DNA of 58,242 nucleotides, filler included, from Sphacelaria rigidula (Eukaryota), in NCBI GenBank assembly GCA_964200075.2. It is 10 parts of 10 records of this genome, joined end to end, with 100 filler letters (N's around TTAATTAATTAA, not from the genome) between each part and the next. Parts side by side here need not be neighbours in the genome. Positions count along the whole stretch, not along the records: positions 23,339 to 29,072 come from CAXNAA020024862.1; positions 29,173 to 34,906 come from CAXNAA020024863.1; positions 35,007 to 40,740 come from CAXNAA020024864.1; 7 more parts are not named here. The stretch is one strand, 5' to 3'. The stretch's first letter is position 1. Each line of letters opens with the position of its first letter. Of this stretch, positions 23,507-35,495 are shown piece after piece. Position numbers and translations under genes: made by a program. The notes under the pieces were generated by a model. That model searched no databases and had not been told where the DNA came from. It was given only the letters and a program-made list of their open reading frames with translations.

Positions 23507-25475
23507 GAAGCTTGGAGTGGTGGTTATCGTGCACGTTCAGGTTCGCCCTGGGCAATTGCCGACAACTGCTGAGCTCGGCGTACTTCTTGTGGCATTCCTT
23601 GAGGTGAATTTCCCTCGTGAGGCCCATCGGGTCCGAGGAACATCCCGCTATTCTAACAGGAGTATGGGTGGGGTCCGCCAACCCTCGACTCTCGCCAGCA
23701 ATCGAATGAGATACCATAGCCGGGCATCAGGTCGTTGCCGTTCGTTCCACCTCTCCCTGAATCCGCGGACAAAGATATTTGCAGGGCCTGAGCAAAATGT
23801 TCGGCCACCCCACGCTCTACTCCAGCTCGGATCAAGCGCTCTGCGATGACCAAACGCACGACCAAAAACGGGAGTAGCGATCAACGAACGCAGCAGTATC
23901 AGACGTAATGATATTGCTGGTCAAACGCAACATACCCCGAAGTCCGATCCCGCCCGGATTACGGCGATCAACAGCAATAAATTCGCGGAAACGTAAAGCG
24001 GAGAAAAATACAAGGCAAAAAAAAACAATCTTGAAAAGTATGAGGGGCATGGAGCGAGGTGTAAAGAAGATGTACAGAAGGCGTCAAAATACCTCCGGGC
24101 CCGCGTAGGGTCCAAGTAAGTGCTTGGTTACTGAACGTGAGAGTACATGCAAGAGAAGCATTACCCCCGTAGAATAAAAGGCGTTGTCCTCCCACCTGAG
24201 AAAAGTTCGTCATTCCGACCACCTTCAGCCTGAAGACTACCCACGATACACTCAACTTTCAACTAGCGAATTCAGTTCAAACATGGCGCCGGGGGGAGGG
24301 GTGGGGGAGGGAAGCGTAAATAGCATGAGATAAATAGCTTTAGAACTTCGGAAAGAAGCTGCGTAGGCAAAGAAACATATTTACCATCGGCAATAAACCA
24401 TCTGCATGACCTAAACTGCTTGCACCAGTACCACAGAGACTCTAGCCAACCCTCGGCGGTAAAAAGGATAGCCAAACTAGAGACAATAGTACCGGTTGTT
24501 ACAACTCCAACACGACATAACCCATACATTATCGAAACGTACGTAAATGTATTGCGAGCATAAACGATAAACCGAATAGTGCCTAGAGATAGCATAGCAT
24601 CAACTACCTTTCAATAACCAACTTAGGTTATTCACATAGATAGTGCGACAACACATTCCGCAAAATCGTAGAAAGTAGGTGAAACGTACCAGCTTTTCAT
24701 CGGGAGAGTAGATGTTGCAAGGGTCGGCCCGGTATCGTATACCCGATACCCTCAATACTAGTTGTTTTGGGCAAGTCGTTGCGATTGTACTTCATCACCA
24801 CTACAAGCTGGGAATGTTCACCGCATAATAGTTTGTCGTGGCTTCCCCCAGCGTGTGCACGGTGTGCCTTACTCTGCGGCATGCCATGAATGGGGGGGGA
24901 AACAGGTCTCACGATGATTACTGCTGCAATTCTGGTGTCATAGACGAGGACGGGCTGAAACCTACGCACGACATCTCACGCATTCACGATACAGGGTACA
25001 CGAGCCGCACATTCCTATAAGGACCAGCCGGTTCGAGGCCTTTACTGCTCACCTGACGCCATCGGTCCGAGAGAATAGCATGCGGGCACCGTTCTCGACC
25101 ACAGCGGCGCGCAAGTTTGTCGATATCAACATGGGATACGTTATGCCTCCGTTGCGCCCCGTTAAAAACAAAAACACTTTCTGCCGAGTCCTGCGCCTCT
25201 TTGCGATCCGAGAACGTTGCATTGCACTAGTTGAGGTCTTCTTCCGACTCGTACCATTTTCCTGTATTCGTTTTGATTTACATCAATGCAGTTTCCACGG
25301 ATAGGAGGGGGGGGGGGGGGGGGGGGTAATCATGATTTTACCTGCTTTTGTCGGGAATATATGACTACTGACGTCACACCCCCACAAAANNNNNNNNNNT
25401 TTGTTTTGGTTTTTTCCTCTCTCTCCTTCATTTTTCCTTTTTTTTTTTTTTTTCATAAAAGAGGTTTTGCGACAG

Positions 25476-26070
25476 GGGGGGGGGGGGGGGGGGGGAGGGG
25501 GTGTAATCATGATCTTACCTGCTGTAGTCGTGAATATATGACTACTGACCTCACATCCCAACAAAAGCCGGGACGGAGCACGCCGGGTTTTCCAAAGCAC
25601 CGTGGTGTGCTCGGCGAGTTGCATGAAAGGTGAGCTGCATCCTGCTAAGATTGTATGGCCCGAAGTGTACTGAGTATCTCGCACTTGGATGACAGCCTCC
25701 AATGAGTTGCTTCATTTTCTATTATCGTCACTTCCAGAGTCAGCCACGGCTTATACACTGCCCTTATGGGGTCTCACCATTAAACACTACATCTTACGAT
25801 CATCTCCTTTGCGCGGAATCGGGGTTTCCCCACCCCGCACAATAATATATAATATATATGACCTAGCTCGACCACCATCATCGTTACCGCAAAAAAAACA
25901 ACTGCAAGCGCGCAAAACGAATCGGTAACCTGGTTGACTAGCTTCCGCAGTGAGTGGCGTGTTTTACAGCGTCATCGCCAACCCACACCAACCCCATTGG
26001 GGGGTCCGCCCCAACAAAATCGGAACGGAGCACGCCGGATTTCCTCGGACCCGGCTGAAGATAGGGGGGG
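25476..26070 (+). mobile_element. Repeat family B, apparently full length (~570 bp) between G-runs
   Basis: Collinear with 52920-53390; AAAGCCGGGACGGAGCACGCCGG motif occurs near both ends as a direct repeat. Confidence 0.8.
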
Positions 26071-26689
26071 AAGTTGAGCAACAGGCTGCCGGTGAACATT
26101 TCGCGACCGACTCAGCAAAGCCGAAATACCGTCCCGCAGCTTCTGGATTATGTGCATTTGAGGATATTAGCACCTGCCCTGCATGCACTACTTTTGCCGT
26201 TCGTGTTGTCCATACTCTCATCATGTCTTCATTTCTGTGTATCAATAGTCGCGTGTGGGAGTATCAGGAGCAGCAGCGGTGGTAGTATCCGTATATCTCA
26301 TTACCAAGTGATTGGCCGTAGAGCTATGTTCAATTAATTGATTGTACTGTTGATTAATACAAAAATGATATAGGTTTTGTTTGTTTGTGGTTGATGTGTT
26401 GGACTTCGCTTCGATTATTTCATATAATTTTTCATTCATTGAAAGTTGGTGCGCCTATAGCCTAAACCGCAAGCTTTTTAATTTCTGGGGAAAATACGTA
26501 TAAAATGAATATCAAACTCGATTGCTGATAAAAAACCAATGAGTAACTTGTTGTTCGTGATCGGTGTTATGTGTGTATATATTTGTTTTGTTTTTTTTCA
26601 ATGGTCGCCTATTTTTCGGTGAGTGAGACGATTCATAGTGTCGTGGATATTCTGGAGCTCAACAAATCACAAAACCCACCGTTTATTGC

Positions 26690-28030
26690 TCAAGCACGGC
26701 GGCGTCCTCTCCTCCTCCTCGTGTGCGTGGCAAGCCCAAGCCTGCAGACCTTCGCTGGCCTCCGAATACACCTTCATGTAACAACAGCACGGCCACTACA
26801 GGCACCCGTATTTACTTCGCCCATGCAAAAGACCTGATGTAGGACACGGGAGTGACTTCTATATCGTCGCACTGTACGACAATCGTGGCAACAGCAGTGG
26901 GCGGCCACCATCTCTCTGTCGTCGTCCGCGGCCATCCCCACACTACCTCGCCGCCAATTCGTGCGCCCCCCCCTGCCCGTTGTTCCTCCACGATCCCAGA
27001 TCGGGTGCCGTCAGCGGACCGGCCGTTGGTGGAGACGCGACCTCCGGTGCTTGCTACCTCGTCTCCGCCGCATTCCCCCCCGCCGTAAATCGTGCTGCAA
27101 ACCCGTCCACCCCCGAAAAGGTATTGTGAAAGCATGATACCTGGAGACAGCAGATGATGTCCACCCCCCAGCATCGATTCTTAAACTGAGAATTCCTGTT
27201 GGCTCTGTTTCAGAGGTCAGAGTGATCCCGACCCATTTATCCTACGCGATCCCAGATCGGATGTAGTCGGCGCGGCGGTCATTGGTCGCGAGCCGAAATC
27301 ATCTGCTTCTGCTGCCTGTTCCACCACACTCCCTCCCGCTGCCGGTCGTGTTGTAGATCTGTCCAACCGTAGGAAGTATTGTGAAGGCTCAACACCGTTG
27401 TGTGGTACGTGAGATGATATTGACCCTCCAGAATGCGTTCTGGCGCCGAGACCCCAGGGTGGCTCTATCCCGGAAGTCGTAACCATCCTTCTTAACACTG
27501 AAAAAAAAGTCTCCCCTTCCCCCTTCTCTCTTCACACGGGGATGAAATGGCTCTATCCTCTCTCCAGACGCGATGGGGGTGCTATCTACGATTCTCGCCA
27601 ACTACATAAGCATTTGCAGACGAAGAACGGTGCCTACGAACACTTTGGAGGCACCGTGAGAACGTATGCACCACATATTATTCCCTGGTGACTCGCCTTC
27701 TCCCCCCCGCCCTTTTCCTGGAGATGAGACAAACGCATCCCCTCACTAAACGATCTCAGCGGAAGGGAGGGGTGTTTCCCGACGTTTGACCCAACTGCGG
27801 TAGGACGACAACGAATCTGAACTCGTGACCGGCACCAATAGAAAACATAGAATCGACCCTAACCACAGTGATGATGCATATAATTCTGAAAAGGGCTACA
27901 GAAACCCCGGCGGGAAATAGTTTTGAAGGTGAAACGAGCCAAATACCGCATTTTCTCTTGTTCCCGGCAGCGAGGTACCCTCATCAACCGGGGAGGGGGG
28001 GGGGAGCGTTATCGCGGCTTTGATGCTCAC
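26690..28030 (+). pseudogene. Decayed ORF: Pro-rich region followed by units of the same ~55-aa repeat as contig 1
   Basis: GDEMALSSLQTR/GVLSTILANYI at 27538-27612 (1-nt frameshift in a G-run) and PGDETNASP...GVFPDV at 27716-27790; upstream frame is mostly open with scattered stops. Confidence 0.55.
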
Positions 28031-28179
28031 CGTCGATATTTTCCCAGTTGATCGGTAGATAAACGCCGTTGACCTGGGGAAACATCGACTAACAGGCCGT
28101 TGGCGTGACTAGTTGAAACTTGACGGACTAGAGCCGCCAACTCACAGCTCCACCTTTCGTAATGTTGTGTGCGCTAGGG

Positions 28180-28475
28180 TATATCACACCCGGCCATTTG
28201 GCTCGCCCCAAAATCCCCTCTAGAGGGAAATTTCCCCCTCTAGAGAGGGAAAATACCCTCTACAGGACCTTTGGAGGGGCAAAAAGTAGTAGAGGGGTCC
28301 ATGTTTTACCATTCTAGAGGGTGTGTCAGCCCATACATCAAAAACCCACTGGAAATATTCTGGAGGGAGGACCTTGAGCTCCCCCTAGAGGGGTCGCGTG
28401 CATTCTGCGGAGGCTCTACAACAAAGTGAAACCCTCCAGAGGGATGTGTCGACTGCTGAAACTCTACAGCGATAG
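28180..28475. repeat. MITE-like repeat built from palindromic CCCTCTAGAGGG motifs
   Basis: About 7 variants (28216, 28236, 28256, 28313, 28357, 28381, 28431). Confidence 0.65.
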
Positions 28476-28484
28476 CTTACCCGA

Positions 28485-28710
28485 GTCTTATTACTTGATT
28501 TGAGTGTGAAGATCGTTATTCGGGTATTTGGTGGGACTGACAGCGCCAACCGTCCCTACCCTGCGCAAAATGCCTTCTCGTCGTAATCGGCGCCGCGGCG
28601 CCGATTTGAGGTCTTCAAACGCCACGCTTTGCCTCGGGAACGCTTCGCACCCCTCTCGACCAAGGGTTCTCGGTATGCCTTGAGTTGGGGTTAGGGATAG
28701 GGTCAGCATT
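28485..28710 (+). repeat. Repeat family T
   Basis: CGCCGATTTGAGGTC...AGGGTTCTCGGTATGCCTTGAGTTGGGGTTAGGGATAGGG. Confidence 0.75.
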
Positions 28711-28997
28711 AGTTCGAGAAAACGTGTTTGCGAGAAATGTTTTGATCGGCCAAGTGGCAAACAAACGCCGGAACTGCCAGGAGAGTAGTATAAAAACTGG
28801 TGTTCGTGCGGTCTTATCGCAGGCGATCACGCCCGCACTCACATCTAACCTCAACAGAACAGTACAATACAGTGCAGCACAGTACAGTAGTGCATCAACC
28901 AAACAGAGTGCGCAGCAGCGGGTAGCACCCTGTTCGCTCTATGGAAGAAGAAACAACGAACGCACCATGAAGCTTTCAAAAGTGTACAGACAGCACT

Positions 28998-29072
28998 GAA
29001 CAGCCGATCCTAATTTTTGGGGTTGAAACATAAAATGAGGTTGAAGTCCATTTTCTCCATTGCAGGGAAGAT
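28998..29072 (-). repeat. Repeat family C (contig end)
   Basis: Reverse complement of 40841-40897. Confidence 0.85.
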
Positions 29073-29172
29073 NNNNNNNNNNNNNNNNNNNNNNNNNNNN
29101 NNNNNNNNNNNNNNNNTTAATTAATTAANNNNNNNNNNNNNNNNNNNNNNNNNNNNNNNNNNNNNNNNNNNN
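29073..29172. other. Artificial contig spacer
   Basis: Same 100-nt spacer. Confidence 0.99.
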
Positions 29173-29327
29173 ACCATGCTTTCGCTGCCGCGCGCAGAAA
29201 CTTCTCGGTTAGGGGCACCTGGTCGCAACCGGTTGCGAGTCCCGAGCATTTTGAGTAAAATAAATGGAATTTCGATGGTCAGTTGAACCTCATAAAAATG
29301 TTTAACCTCAATAACGATTCCAGGCTG
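29173..29327 (+). repeat. Repeat family D
   Basis: Reverse-complement match to 35341-35495. Confidence 0.8.
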
Positions 29328-29334
29328 CTTGTTG

Positions 29335-29620
29335 TTGTGAGAGGGTGTCCTGAATGACATGATATTTCTCCGGTGTCTGTCTGACCGTGAAGTCATGGGA
29401 TTGTAAAGTGATCGCGCAACGGGTCAACATGTTGCCCGTGCCTTGCATTGCACATATATATCGAAGGGCTGCATGATTTGTTACACACGTGAAGTGACGG
29501 CGGCATAAGAACGATCTGAAATGCTGAATGGCTAGTACAACGACATAACATTCTTTCATGGTGGGTGGTTAGCGATAACGAATGTCGTTTGTGACGAAAA
29601 TACGCCGTTTCGTTGAGTTG
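29335..29620 (-). pseudogene. Gypsy RNase H fragment
   Basis: MKECYVVVLAIQHFRSFLCRRHFTCVTNHAAL...LTRCAITLQSHDFTVRQTPEKYHVIQDTLS. Confidence 0.85.
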
Positions 29621-29757
29621 GTGGTGATGATCTGGATAATGACTCGGGGCACGGGGATTCTGGAGGGTTCTGGGAGGGTTCTGGATAATGACGGGGGACA
29701 CGGGGATGATACCCTGCGTGTTCAGGAGGTTGGTGCCTGACAGGACACTCCTGATAA

Positions 29758-32700
29758 TCAGGTAGTGTCGATTGCTCAACAACTACCGACGCATGTGCAA
29801 AGAGTGGCTGCGCGTGTGGAACATCAAAAGAGCACAAGCACCCTGACGTAATTGGTTGCGGCGATCAAAAACCATGCTGGGCATGCGGCGGATACTTGCC
29901 ACTGTTGTGACCAGGTCGACCATTACGCGTGCGATTGCCCAACGTCTCCCGATGGGGAGTCTGGGCAGTCTCATGCCGCACGGCATCAGCATCGTCAACA
30001 CAAGGGCAGAGGACGAGGTGATCGGGGTGGTGGCGGCGGCGGATTCTCCAGCGGTGGAGGGTCGCAGTCGAGTTCTTATCATTATCATCATCATCAGCAG
30101 CAGCAGCAGCAGCAGGGGCAGCAGGGGCAGCGGCGTCAGCATGGGTCTGGTTCTGGGTCCGGCGCCGCCGTCGGTGCTGCTGCTCCGCAACGGGCGGTGC
30201 AGGTGGGACCGACTTCAATAGTGTCGAACACTGCGCCGGCGCCGGTGGTGGCGCCGGTGGTGGCGCCGGTGGCGACGCCGGCAGCAGCGCCAGGCGCGAC
30301 GCCTGCTGATGCGGTGGTCGGAGTTTCGCCAAGTTATTGGTCTGCTGGCTGGGGGTCGTACCCGTCGGCGGTGCCGTTTGAACCTGCTGCGGCCTCTTCG
30401 TCTGCGCAGCTTACGCAGCTTGCGCAGCCGTGGCGGTTGTGGGACTCCATGAAGACGCGGATGTCTCCGCCTGGTCCGCACGCGAAGACGCCCGCCTTTT
30501 GCGGCAGTCGTCGCGTGAGCTTGTCGGCGGATGCTTTTCAGGAGGTCAGGAGCGGGATGCGGCGGTGGAACTCTTGGTAGAGCGCCGCCCGGAGATGTTT
30601 ATGGATCCGGCGGAAGAGGTGCCCGCTCGGAAGGTCGCGCTGGAGGTGGGCGTGACGGATGCTGTGGCAAAAGATCTCAGCGTCTCAAAAGCGTAGCGCC
30701 TGTGCGGCTTATTGCATCGTCGCGTCAACGCGTTTCGTCGTGCGCTGCGGGGCAATCCCCCTGCGAGCGTGGAGCCAATGCGTGTTCAGTTGAAACATGG
30801 GGCGTCCGCGGTGAAGACAAAGCCGCGGCGGCACGGTCTGGTGGAGTCGAGTTGGTTGGCGTCGTGCATGGCGGCTCTTTTGGCGCTCGGGTTGGTGTTC
30901 AGGAACTTGCAGGCGCCGCGGTCCAGTCCGGCGATGGCGGTTCCGAAGAAAGACTCGTTTCGCCTGGTAAGCGACTACAAGGCAGTGAATGAACAGGTTG
31001 AGAAGTCGCCGGGTGTGATGCCCAACAAGAGTCGGACATGCGTGATCTGTTGAGTGCTCGTTTTTTTGGGAAGTTGGACCTCCTCCATGGTTACTAGTGG
31101 ATGCCATTGGCGGGGGAGGCGCAGGATATTTCCATAATCACGACTCTATTTGGCTTGTTTACCCCTGAGCGAGTGCCGCAAGGCGTGCTGAATGCCACGG
31201 CATATTTTCAAGGCTTCAGGACACAACTGCTTATCGGCTTAAAATGCAAGATATGGGTGAATAATGATGTGTTTTTTTCGCGGACACGGAATACGAACTT
31301 TTAGACACGCTTGACGCTATCTTGGCTCGTTTAGAGAGTGTTGGTTTGTTTGCGGCGGCGCAAAAATGTATATTCTTCGCTAGTGAACTCATGTGATGTG
31401 GGAAAGTGTACTCACACGGACGAGTATCTCATGACCTTGTGAGATTGCAAGGCTTGTCTGACATGCGGCGCCCGGAGGTGGCCGCAGAAGTCATGCAATT
31501 CCTGCAGGCCGTGAAACGGCTGCGTACGTCGTTGCCGCGTATGGTAGGAACCGTAGCTCCCTCGCCTGTTTTCCTCGAAGAACGTATGGCGGGTGCTGCG
31601 AGGCGGGCGAAGCGTGTTGCAAAAACCGCGCTATTCCGCCTGCATCGTGGACGGAGGGCAGGTTGCAGGCGTGGGCGGAGGCGAAGGATCTGGTTGCTCA
31701 CGCCGTGATGCTGTTCCATCCTCGTCCTGATTGTCAGGTGTTGATGTTTCTGGGTGCATCTGAGTGTCATTGGGGTAGTTTTGTCACGCAGGCGCATGAA
31801 GTTGAAATGCAAAGACGCTTGTCAGTTGAGGATACGACGCATGAACCGCTGGCTTTCCTTAGTGGTCATTTCAAGGGTCCGCAATTACGTTGGGCCACAG
31901 TTGACAAGGAAGGCTTTGCTATCGTGGGCACTTTTCGTCGTTTGGAGCATCTTTCCTGGGATGTCGTGCACATTTTCACGGATCACCGAAATCTCATATA
32001 TATTTTCAACCCGGAAGTGGTCGTTACGTCTGTGTCGAAGGCATTGGCACAACGTTTGGCGGGTTGGAAAGCTGTTCTTGGCAAGTACCGTCACTCGATT
32101 TGCCATATTTCAGGTGACCGTGGCGCGTGGGGTGACTTGCTTTCGCGTTGGGTGAATATTCCCACTTTGCTTGCGCGCGTTGTGGCTGTGTGTGATCTGC
32201 GAAAACCTGATGACTCAATGCCGTCCAAATATATTGTCCGCCAAGCGCAACGAAAGACCTTGGGGCCGAAGATGCGGATGTGCAATCTTTCGAGTCGGAC
32301 GTTGGCACTGCTATCTTGGACAATGGAGGTCTGTTTCGTGTGCATACGTGCGTGGCCGAAACGTTTTGTGGATTCCGAGCTCTGACAAGCAGGTGCAGGT
32401 ACGTCTGATAATTTGCGCGCACATGCGCGACGCCAGGCATCGTGGCGTGGCTGCGACGCTCGTGCGCTTGCAAGAGGTTTGTGTCTGGTAGGGGATAGAA
32501 ACTCATGTGCGCGAGTTTGTCCGCCAGTGTCTTCACTGTGTTGACTCAAGGGCGGGCGATGTTGTTCCCCGCCCGCTCGGTGAAACGGTCCATGAGACCA
32601 TGCCGAATGAAGACGTTCATTTTGACTTCTTGTACGTGGGCGAGAGTTGCCCGCTAGCTTCCCAAGGCTTGTCGGAGGATGCTCGATTTCGATACATTTT

Positions 32701-33496
32701 GGTAATCATGGATGATTTGAGCAACGTCGTGTCTCTGGAACCAGTGGCAGTGTGTACTGCTGAATCGGCTGCTGCATCTTTGCTGAATTGGTGCAAAACT
32801 TTGGAGGTGCCGCGTGTGTGGGTGAGTGGACCGCCACGCATTTCAAGAATGCGATCTTGGCCCGACTGCGAGAGGCTTTGCATGTTGATCACCAGTTTGC
32901 GGTAGCGTATTCTCCGTGGTATAACGGCACATGCGAACGCACGGTCAAGGAAGAGTTCGTGACCGTCGTTCTATTCTTCTCGAGCAGCGTAGAACGGTTT
33001 TCAAGTGGGTGGACATGTTGCCTGCGGTGCAGTGGGCGCTAAATACAGCGTATCGTCGTCGGTACGATACTACGCCGTACCACGTGATGTTTGGTCGTGC
33101 TCCTCGGACGTCTTTCTCGGTGCTGGCGTCTTCGTCGGCGGGGGAATGGAACCGTGATGTTTTGGACGATGTTCAAATTAAGCGTGCATCGCAAGGAGTC
33201 TTGGACTTGCAAGAACGTCTCCACGTTCAAGTGCAGGAACGTGATGCCGCTGAACGTGCGCGTAGACGTGAGGGGTCCTCGTCGGGGTTGGAACTCCCGA
33301 ATTCGAGGTAGGCGACTATGTCTTGTATGCAAGCGTGCGTCGTGCGGGCGTTATACGCCCAAATTGATGGCGACGTGGACTGGTCTATGGAGAGTGGTTG
33401 GTGCTCACCACCCGCACGTGTTTGAGATTCAGAACATTGTTTCGGGTCGTGTTCAGACTGCCCATTCAGCTCGTTTGCGTTTTTATGCAGTCTCGC
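29758..33496 (+). mobile_element. Decayed Ty3/Gypsy internal region (deleted gag, RT, RNase H, integrase)
   Basis: Knuckle CHCCDQVDHYACDC; RT SPAMAVPKKDSFRLVSDYKAVN and RVPQGVLNATAYFQ; RH RWATVDKEGFAIV..IFTDHRNL; IN H..H..CLHC, VHFDFLYV, AYSPWYNGTCER, WTGLWRV; many stops and frameshifts; no protease motif seen. Confidence 0.95.
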
Positions 33497-33599
33497 AGCG
33501 TGCTGGAACACGTCCTTAACGTCAGCCGTAAGGCCAGTAAGACTGGGGGGTCCCTCAACAACAATGATCCACCAGTTCTTCTTCTGGCTGGCGTCACAC

Positions 33600-33760
33600 G
33601 TTGAAACGTTGACTAAAGTATGCTACGATTCCGTTGTCGTCGCCCTTCTTCTGGGACAGGCACGCTCCCGCACCTCGGTCTGACTTATCGACATTTATCG
33701 TGAAGTCTTTAGTGAATCTGGAAAACGAATGGCGGGTGTCTCGGTCATCAATGGTTTAGT
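33600..33760 (-). pseudogene. Gypsy RNase H N-terminal fragment
   Basis: TPAIRFPD/FTKDFTINVDKSDRGAGACLSQKKGDDNGIVAYFSQRFN. Confidence 0.8.
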
Positions 33761-34831
33761 TTTTCCCAAGGCTTTATCATATTTGGTATTCCCGAGACTG
33801 TCGTTGGAGATGTCGTCCTGATGCCGGAGGAACTCCGAGGCTGGCGATGGTTTCCTCTTGTGATATGTAGGCAAGAAGTGGGCCAGACATGAGTGTGGTC
33901 ACGGTGGGACGATCCGTTACCTCGGGGGATGCAGGGCCATCCTGAGATCCGGCTCTTCCAGGTATCACCCCGAGTTGTCTAGTATCGTTGGCATTGCGGG
34001 GTCTCTGTTCGGACCGTTTCTACCTCGCACCTGTATGCACTGGTTCTTCATACATGTGTGTCATCAATCTCAGATATGTCACTGTTTAGAGGTGTCTTCC
34101 ACAATTGCACGAAAAAACAGCCAGTCTGCTGTTCGGCCTCGGGGTCTACGGAAGGACCCATAAGAGGACGGCGATGAACAGTTCGTTATTCGATGTTTCT
34201 CCAAGCAATGATAACCCGCAGACGGTATGGCTGTGTAGGTAGTTGTGCGTATTCACGCGTCGTGCTTAGGTAAACATTGCACATAGTCACTCTGTTTGAC
34301 TGAACATCTTGACCGCCAGGGGGCGCTACATGGATGGCTAGTGGGCTCACCTGTCCGCGGCCAGCAGGTGAGGGGTAAAGTAGCAGCAACTCGTCCACAG
34401 CATAGTAGATATTGATCTCTACTGGTTTGATATTATCCGGCGTATGGCAAACATTCTTCGAGAAGCCCCGCCGTGAAAATAGAGGGAAGGACAGCAATCG
34501 CATGCCATCGTCACACATACATGCACGGACAAAAATACATGAATAATCAACGGGTAGTTGGATTTGCATACCGTACATGTTTGCCACGCCTGCGTCTGCG
34601 TGTCGAACGTGGTGGACACTGATGCATGTGCACTTGCTTGACACTCTGAAGCCAATAACTAGTAGGAGTTTGTTTGTCGTCGTTCTCGTATGGCCATGCT
34701 GGGAGACATGGAAGCACCGATCAACGAACTGCCATAAAGGGTCATATACACCGATCGCCGAGTGCTGCATTTACAATGTCTAATCCAAAACGACACTCGA
34801 ATCATGAGTGGCGTTCGCGCCTCGTTTTCCC

Positions 34832-34906
34832 TCCCCGTCTCGAAAGGGATGCGTGGTCAATGGTCAAATGACTAAGGCAAGCAACAAATGAGTACGCCCC
34901 CCCCCC
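34832..34906 (-). repeat. Repeat family A (contig end)
   Basis: CGTCTCGAAAGGGATGCGTGGTCAATGGTCAAATGACTAAGGCAAGCAACAAATGAGTACGCCCCC. Confidence 0.9.
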
Positions 34907-35006
34907 NNNNNNNNNNNNNNNNNNNNNNNNNNNNNNNNNNNNNNNNNNNNTTAATTAATTAANNNNNNNNNNNNNNNNNNNNNNNNNNNNNNNNNNNNNN
35001 NNNNNN
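34907..35006. other. Artificial contig spacer
   Basis: Same 100-nt spacer. Confidence 0.99.
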
Positions 35007-35340
35007 AAAAATGGACACAACCCCGGGGAGCGGTTGATTCTCATTTCAAAATACGTTCTCATTTTTCTGGCAACCCTGTTAGCAGAAGAATCTCCAAACA
35101 AATCTTCACTTTGCCCTCCTATTCATCCGGAATTTGGGCAAAAATATATTCATTGCGAACAGCATCAGCCGGGCATATCCCGCATACTGCACCGTTATCA
35201 GCGTATGGGATCCGACACGCAGAAAACATTGTTGAAAGTACTTCATCCTCTTGCCCCCCAGTTCATGTACCAATTGGGCTAAAGGATGAATAATTCTCAA
35301 CAGCTTTTGCTGAATAGAGATCCAACACGCTGCCTACGAG

Positions 35341-35495
35341 TAACAGCCTGGATTCGTTTTTGAGGTTCAACATTTAATTGAGGTTCAACGGACCATCGAA
35401 ATATCAGTTAGTTTGTCCAAAAGGCCTGGGATTCGCAAGCGCTTTCGACCATGTGCCCCTAACGCAGAAGTTCCTGCACGGCAGCGAAAGCATGA
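35341..35495 (-). repeat. Repeat family D
   Basis: Matches 29173-29327; AACAGCC terminus like family C. Confidence 0.8.

Noticed and set aside
24272..24595. ORF with faint resemblance to a nucleotide-sugar transporter N-terminus (LLSEVLKLFIS)
   Set aside because: Short match, AT-rich codon usage unlike the real exons, and no convincing exon structure or downstream helices
25300..25500. Apparent tandem duplication around a 10-N gap (similar case at 49095-49290)
   Set aside because: Degraded copies next to long G/C homopolymers at scaffold gaps look like low-quality overlapping read ends
29335..33760. Two minus-strand RNase H fragments as one Gypsy split by the plus-strand element
   Set aside because: Both fragments contain the AYF segment and unrelated sequence lies at both junctions with no TSD, so a clean nested insertion is not supported
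35106..35310. LLRIIHPLAQLVHELGG resembling a hAT transposase mid-region
   Set aside because: Single short motif, and it lies on the wrong side of the 37080-38300 relic to be part of it
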